From NCBI GenBank assembly GCA_016706595.1, contig JADJJH010000007.1, forward strand, positions 140,856 through 204,855: a DNA stretch of 64,000 nt. The letters run 5' to 3'. Position 1 is the first letter of the stretch. The number at the start of each line of letters is the position of its first letter. Source of the DNA: Bacteroidota bacterium. Its GTDB lineage: Bacteria; Bacteroidota; Bacteroidia; Chitinophagales; Chitinophagaceae. The notes beneath the pieces are model-generated. The model ran no database searches. It saw only the letters and a program-made list of their open reading frames with translations, and was not told the DNA's origin. Shown here piece after piece: positions 55,870-64,000 of the stretch. The position numbers and the translations under genes were made by a program.

Positions 55870-56063
55870 CCAATAGCCATCGTATTGAAATTGATAATTG
55901 AATTCGTCCGTTCAACCTCTTTACTTCAAAAAATCAGGAATCCATATTACTTTCGCCACATGAAATGAAGCAAAACAATGCTTGATAGCTGAATGAAATG
56001 TCCCAATGGCTATCAGGGTGGCCTAATTCCATGTCAAAAATAAAAAACAATAAATACGAATAC

Positions 56064-57245
56064 ATGAAAAAAATACTTTCCCTCTTACTTATTTCTGGTA
56101 TGGCAGTAATCACAACCCATGCACAGGATAATTTAGTAAATTCATTAAAGTCGAATCAAAGCGATAGCGCAAAAGCAAAATTTCAATTCACAACCGTATT
56201 GAACCTTGAATGTTCGCCCGTTAAAAATCAAGGGAGTTCTGGAACTTGCTGGAGTTACTCTGGCAACTCATTTCTTGAATCTGAAATGATGCACGACGGA
56301 AAATCATTTGTTGATATTTCTGAAATCTATACAGCACGATGTGCGTATATCGAACGAGCCAAAAATTATGTTCGCTTACACGGTAATATTGGCTGGGGCG
56401 ATGGAGCCGAATTGCACGATGTAGTTTCGACTTATAAAAAGTATGGTGCAGTACCTTACGATGTGTATACGGGTTTAAATTATGGAACCAGCAAAAATAA
56501 GTTTGGCGAAATGCAAGCTGCACTCGAAGGCATGTTAAAAGGTATTATTGCTAATAAAAATGGGAAGCTTACCAAAAATTGGTTACCGGCATTTACAGCA
56601 GTATTAGATGCTTACTTAGGTAAAGTGCCTGAGGAATTTCGTTACAACGGAAAAACCTATACGCCACAAAGTTTTGCAAAGGAAGTAGTGGGCATACAAC
56701 CCGAAAAATATATTGAATTGGGATCAGTAACCTATACCCCTTATTATGAAGCGAGTATGCTAATGGTACCTGATAATTGGAGTTTGCAAAGTGTATATAA
56801 TGTGCCTTTAAACGATTTAACTACCATTGCCGATAATGCTTTAAAAAATGGTTACACAGTAGCTTGGGCTACCGATGTGAGCGAAAAATATTTCAGTTGG
56901 AAGAATGGTGTAGCCATAGTGCCCGAAAAAGAAGTTGAAGATATGGAAGCTGATGAAGTGAAGAAAATGTTTGATGGCCCGCAAAACGAAAGAGAAATTA
57001 CCGCTGAACTTCGCGAAGAAGCTTTTGATAATTATACCACTACCGATGATCATGGAATGCATATTGTAGGCTTGGCAAAAGATCAAAATGGCAAAGAGTA
57101 TTATATGGTTAAAAATAGCTGGGGCGATAAAAATGATTACAAAGGATATTTATATGTAAGTAAGGCTTTTTTTAATTACAAAACCGTGGCTATTTTAGTG
57201 AATGAAGCAGCCATACCTAGTGGTATTTTACGTAAGCTGAAATAG
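56064..57245 (+). CDS. C1-family cysteine peptidase (aminopeptidase C / bleomycin hydrolase-like), secreted
   Basis: Signal peptide starts from the ATG at 56064 (MKKILSLLLISGMAVITTHAQ). Active-site motif NQGSSGTCWSYSG, later HGMHIVG and NSWG. Confidence 0.8.
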   Translation: MKKILSLLLISGMAVITTHAQDNLVNSLKSNQSDSAKAKFQFTTVLNLECSPVKNQGSSGTCWSYSGNSFLESEMMHDGKSFVDISEIYTARCAYIERAKNYVRLHGNIGWGDGAELHDVVSTYKKYGAVPYDVYTGLNYGTSKNKFGEMQAALEGMLKGIIANKNGKLTKNWLPAFTAVLDAYLGKVPEEFRYNGKTYTPQSFAKEVVGIQPEKYIELGSVTYTPYYEASMLMVPDNWSLQSVYNVPLNDLTTIADNALKNGYTVAWATDVSEKYFSWKNGVAIVPEKEVEDMEADEVKKMFDGPQNEREITAELREEAFDNYTTTDDHGMHIVGLAKDQNGKEYYMVKNSWGDKNDYKGYLYVSKAFFNYKTVAILVNEAAIPSGILRKLK

Positions 57246-57340
57246 TGAGTGTTATGAGTTGTAACTGAAATAATGTACATTGTTTTAATGTTTGGAAAAC
57301 AAATCAATCAATCGTCTTCAAACATTCATAAATAGTGATT

Positions 57341-59185
57341 ATGAAGATACCGGAACGTATGAAAAATATTGTCATTCTTGTATTATGTCTTTGCTTAGGT
57401 ATCTTGTCAAAAGCCCAAGATTTGAATCGAGCTAAGCTTGATTCTTTAATTGCCATAGCTAATAACAGCCATTCGGATTCGGAACATATTACTGCATTAA
57501 ATCAAATCACCACCTCATATTGGTATGTAGGAAGCCCGGTGGTTAAAGATTCATTTCTTTATTATGCTAAACTTGCCGTAGGGGAGGCAAAAAAATCCAC
57601 CTATAAATTAGGTTATGCAGAGGCATTATTTAACTATGGTAGATATCATGTTTCGGCAAGTAATCGCATGGTTGAAGCCACCCCAAGTTTTTTAGAAAGC
57701 TTAGCGGTGTTTGAAGAACTGAATGATAGTACAGGTATTTCACGTTGTTATGTTCAATTAGGGGTCGTAAATTTTTCGATGCAGAATTATGAGGTGGCTA
57801 TTGAAAAACATAAATTAGCCTTACGATATAAAGATAATATCACCTCAAAATATTTATTGGCAATTTGCTATAGTGAGCTGGATAGTGTTAAACAAGCAAA
57901 AACGTATTTTCAATTGGCAATTCAAGATTATACAAAACAAAATAATCACGATCGTTTAATTGAATGTTTTATGTATTTGGGGCGAATGTTTATTAAAACC
58001 AATCAACTTGATTCTGGTTTCTACTATCTTAATAAAAGTGTTGCACTTCTTAAAACAAGTGATGATGCTTTAAAACGTCGCAGACCCTATGCATTTTTAG
58101 CCACCGCCTATCTTAAAAGTAATGATCTTAAAAATGCTATGTTCTATGCCCATAAGAGTTATGTCGATGGGAAAAATAATTTGGATGAGATTACAGTGGC
58201 CGAATCTTTGCATGTTCTTGCGCAGGCATCTGCATTGCAAGGCAATTACAAAAATGCATTTCAATATTTGAATGAATTGTATGATTTAAAAAACAATTCA
58301 TTAAGTGGAAGTATTAAACAAAAAATTGCCGACATGCAAAGTCAATTTACTTATGTTAAAGAAATGAATGAGCAAAAAATCAGACAGGAAAAGGATCGAG
58401 AGTTTGCACAACAACAAATCAATCAGCAAAAAAATCTACGAAACGCTTTTATTATAAGTGCTGTTTTGCTTTTGCTCTCGCTTGCTTTATTATATAGTCG
58501 TTTTCAATTAAAGCGAAATGCAAATCTTGAATTGGAAGTTAAGAATGAAATGATTTCGAATGAAAAAGATCGATCTGATAAATTGTTGCTAAATATTTTG
58601 CCTACTGAAATTGCCGATGAATTAAAACGAACCGGCGAATCGGCTGCCCGACAGTATGAACATGTGACGGTTTTATTTACTGATTTTGTAAACTTTACAG
58701 GCATTAGTGAAAAAATGAAACCTACCGATTTGGTGCAAGTAGTTCATAAATATTTTACTGCATTTGATGCAATTATGGATAAGTACGGACTCGAAAAAAT
58801 AAAAACAATTGGTGACGCTTATCTTGCAGTTTGTGGTTTACCCTTGGAAGTCGAAGATCATGCCATAAGAGTTGCCAAGGCTGCTTTGGAAATTCAACAA
58901 TTAACTTTGCAAAAAGATTCACAATTTCAGATTCGAATTGGTATACATTCCGGTCCGGTAGTTGCCGGCATTGTAGGTGTAAAAAAATATGCTTATGATA
59001 TTTGGGGTGATACCGTTAATACTGCTGCTCGCATGGAGCAACATAGCGAAACCTCAAAAATTAATATGAGTGGTGCCACTTTCGAACTTGTGAAAGATGC
59101 ATTTCATTGCGCTTATCGTGGTAAAATTGAAGCAAAAAATAAAGGACAAATTGATATGTATTTTTTGGACTCTGTTAAGGTGTAA
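57341..59185 (+). CDS. TPR-repeat, membrane-anchored class III adenylate/guanylate cyclase
   Basis: Signal/TM segment, TPR-like region, a second TM segment (AFIISAVLLLLSLALLY), and a cyclase domain (VTVLFTDFVNFT, KTIGDAYLAVCGLP, IGIHSGPVVAGIVG, YDIWGDTVNTAARME). Confidence 0.85.
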   Translation: MKIPERMKNIVILVLCLCLGILSKAQDLNRAKLDSLIAIANNSHSDSEHITALNQITTSYWYVGSPVVKDSFLYYAKLAVGEAKKSTYKLGYAEALFNYGRYHVSASNRMVEATPSFLESLAVFEELNDSTGISRCYVQLGVVNFSMQNYEVAIEKHKLALRYKDNITSKYLLAICYSELDSVKQAKTYFQLAIQDYTKQNNHDRLIECFMYLGRMFIKTNQLDSGFYYLNKSVALLKTSDDALKRRRPYAFLATAYLKSNDLKNAMFYAHKSYVDGKNNLDEITVAESLHVLAQASALQGNYKNAFQYLNELYDLKNNSLSGSIKQKIADMQSQFTYVKEMNEQKIRQEKDREFAQQQINQQKNLRNAFIISAVLLLLSLALLYSRFQLKRNANLELEVKNEMISNEKDRSDKLLLNILPTEIADELKRTGESAARQYEHVTVLFTDFVNFTGISEKMKPTDLVQVVHKYFTAFDAIMDKYGLEKIKTIGDAYLAVCGLPLEVEDHAIRVAKAALEIQQLTLQKDSQFQIRIGIHSGPVVAGIVGVKKYAYDIWGDTVNTAARMEQHSETSKINMSGATFELVKDAFHCAYRGKIEAKNKGQIDMYFLDSVKV

Positions 59186-59239
59186 GCCCTATTCTCCTAT
59201 CCATTTCAATGGTATCTTCGTCTCTCAACAAAGAAGGGT

Positions 59240-59986
59240 ATGAAAAAGCAATCTGTTTTTATGTTGATGATTTGTTTGTCACCAATAATAGCTTTTTCAC
59301 AAAAGCATGCAGTTAGTATAAACATGTATTCGTTTAGTAGCTACCAAAGATTGTTTACTAATTTACAATCCGATGATGAACAAAATGTAGATGGTATACA
59401 ACTCGCACCGGCAGTTGAATACGCACATGAGCTAAAAAATAAATTGATGTATACGATTCAATATAATTATGCAAGTCAAAAAAGTATCAGTAGTTCTTCC
59501 TTTTCATCTGGCGATAGCAGTAATTCTTCGAGCAATGAAAATGTTTATAAAACACAAACTCATGGACTTCGTTTCGGCTTAGGAAAAAATACGAAACTTG
59601 GAAAGTATCTTTTGTATTCAGGCATTTCTGTTCCTATTCAATATAGCGTGAATCGGAACTATACAATGCGTAATCAAGTTTATAATTTTCAAGGTCAACA
59701 AATAGCTCATGCTTACTCGAATGAAAAGAGGCCGAATCAAATTTCGTTGGGTACATTTCTTACACAATCATTTTATTACCCGGTTTGCAAGCAACTTTAT
59801 GTAGGGGTTGAATTAAATTTAGGATTCAATTATACTTACAGTAAAGGCATACGAACCGAAGTTGGGGAAAATGTTGATAGTTGGGGGTCGATTCATGTGA
59901 TAGATGAACGAACTACTTATCAAGAAAGATATAGCAATATGCAGTTTTTAACTGCTCTTTCTGTTCGGTATACTTGGGGTAAGTGA
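59240..59986 (+). CDS. Putative outer-membrane beta-barrel protein
   Basis: Signal peptide (IIAFSQ), alternating strand pattern, and an aromatic C-terminus (VRYTWGK). Confidence 0.45.
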   Translation: MKKQSVFMLMICLSPIIAFSQKHAVSINMYSFSSYQRLFTNLQSDDEQNVDGIQLAPAVEYAHELKNKLMYTIQYNYASQKSISSSSFSSGDSSNSSSNENVYKTQTHGLRFGLGKNTKLGKYLLYSGISVPIQYSVNRNYTMRNQVYNFQGQQIAHAYSNEKRPNQISLGTFLTQSFYYPVCKQLYVGVELNLGFNYTYSKGIRTEVGENVDSWGSIHVIDERTTYQERYSNMQFLTALSVRYTWGK

Positions 59987-60145
59987 TCATTACATTCATT
60001 TTTTAAGTAACACAAGCCTACTATACATTCCCTAAGTGTTTATTTAATATCTGTTCGCAATACCAACATACACTACTACACTTGAACCCTACCACATGTA
60101 AGCATTTTCACATGAATGTATTATATTTGATTACAAATTTTTTAC

Positions 60146-62947
60146 ATGTCGAGTCAAGTTCAAGAACCTTTATTAAAAAGTGTACATGGCAGTAATGGTC
60201 AAACTATTGCACCCGTTGAAATTAAATTGGCTTTTATCGACGACATCCCATACGAACTTCATCCCGGCGAAACTATTTTGTCATTTATTCGCCGGCATAA
60301 AGGTCAAAAAGAAGTGCCTACTTTATGCGATGCGCCTAACCTCGAACCTTTTGGTAGTTGCCGTATTTGCAGCGTAGATGTTGCCCTTGTTCAAAATGGA
60401 AATTGTAAGGCTATGGCTTCTTGTCATACCCCTGTAATGCCAAACTCATATATCTATACCAATAATGAACGAATTCAAAAGCTTCGAAAAAATATTATTG
60501 AATTGGTTCTCACCGATCACCCGCTCGATTGTCTTACTTGTGAAGTAAATAATAATTGCGAATTACAAGAGGTGGCTGCACGAGTAGGTATACGCGATGT
60601 AAGATATCCCGAAGGTAAAAATCATTTAGATAGAAAAAAAGATTTAAGTCACCCTTACATGACCTCCGACTTAAGCAAGTGTATCAATTGCTTTCGTTGT
60701 GTACGCGCCTGCGACGAAGTGCAAGGTCAGTTTGTATTAAGTATGGCAGGCCGTGGTTTTGATACTAAAATTATTAAAGGCTCAGACGTAAGTTTTATGG
60801 AAAGCGATTGTGTAAGCTGCGGTGCTTGCGCACAGGCTTGTCCTACCAGTGCTATTAGCGATGTGTTTGAAAGTAAAAGCATAGTTGCTGATACCAAAAC
60901 ACGAACCATTTGTACGTATTGCGGCGTGGGTTGTAATTTGGAAGTGTCGACCGTAAACGGAAAAATAAAAAGTATACAAGCCCCTTATGATGCTGAAGTA
61001 AATAGCGGACATACTTGTTTGAAAGGTCGATATGCATTTAGTTTTTATAATCACAAAGAAAGATTGCGCACACCCTTGATTCGAAAAAATGGGGTATTAG
61101 AACCGGCAACTTGGGATGAGGCTTACGATTATATTGCCAACAAATTAATTGAAATCAAAAATAAATATGGCGCCGATGCCATTGGCGGAATTTCTTCGGC
61201 ACGATGCACCAACGAAGAAAATTATTTGATGCAGAAATTTATTCGTGTCGTAATAGGCACTAATAATATTGATAGTTGCGCAAGGGTTTGTCATTCACCA
61301 ACTGCCTTAGGTATGCAACGAACTTTTGGCACCGGAGCTGCCACCAATTCTGTTGTTGATTTAAAATATACCGATGCGATTATGGTTACCGGCGCTAATC
61401 CAACAGAAGGTCATCCAGTTACCGGAGCAAAAATGAAACAGTTTGCTTTCAGCGGAAAAACTACTATTGTGATTGATCCTCGTCGAACTGAATTAGCAAA
61501 ATATGCAACCTATCATTTGCCTACCAAACCCGGTACCAATGTGGCGATATTGAACATGATGTTGTATTATATTATGCAAGCCGGCTTAGAAGATAAACAG
61601 TTTATTGAAAACCGAACTGAAGGTTACGAAGAGTTCAAGCAACATGTATTAGGCATGAATATGGATGAGCTTGAACAAGTTACCGGAGTAAAAAAAGAAT
61701 TGGTTCAACAAGCCGCCATCGCCTATGCAAGTGCGCCTAATGCAATGAGCTTTCATGGCTTAGGCGTAACCGAACATTCGCAAGGAACGTATACGGTGAT
61801 GCTTATTGCCGACTTAGCTATGATAACCGGAAATATTGGACGAAGAGGCGTAGGGGTAAATCCGTTACGCGGACAAAACAATGTGCAAGGAGCAGCCGAT
61901 ATGGGATGTCAACCACACCAAGGTGCCGGATATTTAGATGTTACCGATCCAATCTACCATAAAAAGTATGAAGAATTTTATGGGGTGCAATTACCAAATT
62001 ATATCGGACTAAAAATTCCACAAATGTATGATGCAGCCATCGCCGGAAAATTTAAAGCTTTGTGGTTGATGGGTGAAGACAATGTTCAAACCGACCCAAA
62101 TACAAATAAGGTAAGAGAAGCGATGAGTAATCTTGAACTCTTAGTAGTACAAGAACTTTTTGAAACCGAAACTTCACGTATGGCCCATGTGGTTTTACCA
62201 GCAGCATCCTTTCTCGAAAAAAGTGGAACCTTTACCAATGGAGAACGACGTATTCAAAAAGTACAAAGGGTGGTTGAACCTATTGAGGGTACAAAAACTG
62301 ATGGACAAATTATAGTGGACATCATGAATAAAATGGGTTGTAAGCAGGAAGATTATAATCCGAAAACTTTGTTGCAAGAGATTGCTCAAATCGTTCCGTT
62401 TTTTGCCGGTGTGAAATGGGATGAACTTGGAGAAAATGGTAAGCAATGGCCGGTTTTACCCGATGGAAGCGATACGGAGATTTTACATACCGAAACCTTT
62501 AAGCGAGGCAGAGGGAAATTTATGCAAGCCACTTGGAAGGAATCGACAGAGCTTACAGATAACAAAAAAGATTTTCCATTTATACTTACTACCAACCGCG
62601 AACTCGAACATTATAATTGCGGATCGATGACACGCCGAACAGGTAATGCCGAAATTTTACCGATTGATACTTTATTGATACATCCGCTGGACGCTGCAGA
62701 ACATTTTATAAGTGAAGGCGATATGGTTTGTATTGAAAGTGCACGCGGAAAAATTGATGTCAAAGCACGAATTAGCGACGAAGTGAAACAAGGTATTTTA
62801 TCATCTACTTTTCATTATCCCGAAGTGAGTATGAATATTTTAACCAGCTCGGTAAGCGATAGTGATGCACTTTGTCCGGAGTATAAAGTTTGCGCAGTGC
62901 GCATTCGAAAAAGTAAAGGGAAGTATAAATTAGATGGTGTGAAATAA
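60146..62947 (+). CDS. Formate dehydrogenase alpha subunit-like molybdopterin oxidoreductase with N-terminal 2Fe-2S/4Fe-4S domains
   Basis: 933 aa. Contains the Cys clusters CRICSV, CINCFRCVRAC and CVSCGACAQACP, plus the MopB 4Fe-4S motif (CTYCGVGCN). Cys (not Sec) occupies the active-site position (SCARVCHSPT). Confidence 0.9.
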   Translation: MSSQVQEPLLKSVHGSNGQTIAPVEIKLAFIDDIPYELHPGETILSFIRRHKGQKEVPTLCDAPNLEPFGSCRICSVDVALVQNGNCKAMASCHTPVMPNSYIYTNNERIQKLRKNIIELVLTDHPLDCLTCEVNNNCELQEVAARVGIRDVRYPEGKNHLDRKKDLSHPYMTSDLSKCINCFRCVRACDEVQGQFVLSMAGRGFDTKIIKGSDVSFMESDCVSCGACAQACPTSAISDVFESKSIVADTKTRTICTYCGVGCNLEVSTVNGKIKSIQAPYDAEVNSGHTCLKGRYAFSFYNHKERLRTPLIRKNGVLEPATWDEAYDYIANKLIEIKNKYGADAIGGISSARCTNEENYLMQKFIRVVIGTNNIDSCARVCHSPTALGMQRTFGTGAATNSVVDLKYTDAIMVTGANPTEGHPVTGAKMKQFAFSGKTTIVIDPRRTELAKYATYHLPTKPGTNVAILNMMLYYIMQAGLEDKQFIENRTEGYEEFKQHVLGMNMDELEQVTGVKKELVQQAAIAYASAPNAMSFHGLGVTEHSQGTYTVMLIADLAMITGNIGRRGVGVNPLRGQNNVQGAADMGCQPHQGAGYLDVTDPIYHKKYEEFYGVQLPNYIGLKIPQMYDAAIAGKFKALWLMGEDNVQTDPNTNKVREAMSNLELLVVQELFETETSRMAHVVLPAASFLEKSGTFTNGERRIQKVQRVVEPIEGTKTDGQIIVDIMNKMGCKQEDYNPKTLLQEIAQIVPFFAGVKWDELGENGKQWPVLPDGSDTEILHTETFKRGRGKFMQATWKESTELTDNKKDFPFILTTNRELEHYNCGSMTRRTGNAEILPIDTLLIHPLDAAEHFISEGDMVCIESARGKIDVKARISDEVKQGILSSTFHYPEVSMNILTSSVSDSDALCPEYKVCAVRIRKSKGKYKLDGVK

Positions 62948-62968
62948 ATCACAAGAAACCACCCATAA

Positions 62969-63709
62969 TTGAATAAGAAAGGAAAGATTTTATTGCTATG
63001 TTTTTTAGCGCTGCTAACAACAGCCGTCATTGCCTTTACAAAAAATCAAAACCCGACAAATAATAAAATTGTTTCTTATATAGTTGACACCAAAACACAG
63101 GATTTACAACTTTACTGGAAAAACGATAAGGGCGAAATACTAAAAAGTATTCAAAACTTAAAGAGCTATGTTGAACAAAAAAACTTGACGCTAAGCTTTG
63201 CAATGAATGGGGGAATGTTCAAGAAAGACTTCTCGCCGCAAGGTCTTTTTATTCAGGATAAAAAAGTTTTGATGGCTGTAGACACAATGAACGGGATAGG
63301 AAATTTTTATTTACAACCCAATGGCGTTTTTTATGTAACCACTAATGGTATTGCTTTTGTTTGCAAAACCGCCGACTTTATAGACAATGGACAAATTACA
63401 TACGCAACCCAATCGGGACCAATGTTGGTCATTGATGGACAAATTCATACAGCATTTAAAGAAGGTTCAACAAATCTTAATATCAGAAATGGGGTTGGTA
63501 TTCTGCCTAATAACCAAGTGGTTTTCGCTATATCAAAATCAGAAATTAATTTTTATGACTTTGCTAAATACTTTCAAAGTTTAGGGTGTAAAAATGCATT
63601 GTATCTCGACGGGTTTGTTTCTAAGGCATATATACCTGAAAAAAATTGGATACAAACCGACGGCAATTTTGCTGTAATGATTGGCATCACAAAGCAAACT
63701 ATTAAATGA
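62969..63709 (+). CDS. Phosphodiester glycosidase (DUF2233) family protein
   Basis: 246 aa with a TTG start in the track and a signal/TM segment. Contains FAMNGGMF, QSGPMLVIDG, RNGVGI and ALYLDGF. Confidence 0.7.
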   Translation: MNKKGKILLLCFLALLTTAVIAFTKNQNPTNNKIVSYIVDTKTQDLQLYWKNDKGEILKSIQNLKSYVEQKNLTLSFAMNGGMFKKDFSPQGLFIQDKKVLMAVDTMNGIGNFYLQPNGVFYVTTNGIAFVCKTADFIDNGQITYATQSGPMLVIDGQIHTAFKEGSTNLNIRNGVGILPNNQVVFAISKSEINFYDFAKYFQSLGCKNALYLDGFVSKAYIPEKNWIQTDGNFAVMIGITKQTIK

Positions 63710-63878
63710 GAGTAAATTGTACTACATCTAAATGTCTATAAGCAAGCCACAATTATTGCGACGAATGAAGCAATGCTATATGTAAGACTTTACTTTATGA
63801 TCTACAATAGGTTATCATTGTTCGTCATGTTATAGTTACCTTGTACAAATAGTATTCAACGCAATTCAAATCATAAGC

Positions 63879-64000
63879 ATGAAGCCAATAAAAATGTATC
63901 GTTTTATTTCTTGTATACTTGCTTTTGCTTTTAATCTCCCAAACAATAAATGGGCAAAATTCATTAGTAGGCGATGGATTTGGTGGTCGATTATGGTATA
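63879..64000 (+). CDS. 5' end of a secreted protein (partial; frame ambiguous)
   Basis: The ATG at 63879 gives MKPIK.... A better signal peptide plus mature start (KCIVLFLVYLLLLLISQTINGQNSLVGDGFGG) lies in the +1 frame after the A5 run 63890-63894. Both frames stay open to the window end. Confidence 0.3.
   Translation, partial: MKPIKMYRFISCILAFAFNLPNNKWAKFISRRWIWWSIMV

Noticed and set aside
60146-62947. Selenocysteine recoding in the formate-dehydrogenase-like gene
   Set aside because: The ORF is uninterrupted, and the position equivalent to Sec in FdhF-type enzymes is a Cys codon (SCARVCHSPT). There is no in-frame TGA.

Overview
Low-GC Bacteroidota chromosome segment. The phylum call rests on T9SS type A and type B C-terminal sorting domains, SprB-type repeats and a TTTG-N19-TAnnTTTG promoter. 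The window has two parts.

(1) Positions ~1-18.6 kb are an AT-richer accessory (defence/mobile) island ending at tRNA-Phe(GAA). By eye, sampled 60-nt lines run ~30% GC here against ~40% further right; this was not computed window-wide. The island carries:
- a Cas4-like nuclease;
- a translationally coupled type I R-M operon whose hsdM is split by a 1323-bp IS110-family element, with two unknown genes wedged between hsdM and hsdS;
- directly downstream of hsdR and co-directional, an unannotated module: TM protein / MUG-TDG-like UDG-superfamily glycosylase / small acidic protein / EEP-family nuclease / GIY-YIG-like nuclease / a paralogue of the small acidic protein. This is my best candidate for an undescribed defence system;
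- a palindrome-flanked promoter region, several small unknown ORFs and a small serine recombinase;
- a three-gene minus-strand cassette bracketed by two diverged copies of the same gene 3' end.

(2) Positions 18.7-64 kb are core genome: recQ, serS, SDR, ALDH, metH, lpxH, a 3584-aa SprB-like T9SS adhesin, purA, a two-component system, an O-antigen ligase-like protein, tsaC, prfA, a C1 peptidase, a TPR adenylate cyclase and a formate-dehydrogenase-like molybdoenzyme.

Notable in the core:
- two families of palindromic intergenic repeats;
- metH split at its Hcy/pterin domain linker into two genes 15.6 kb apart, with both break ends lying in copies of one repeat family;
- a decayed IS256-like transposase;
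- a GC-rich structured element upstream of prfA.

Three or four reading-frame breaks sit in A/T homopolymers, so the 'pseudogene' calls may be assembly artefacts. No rRNA genes or CRISPR arrays were seen.
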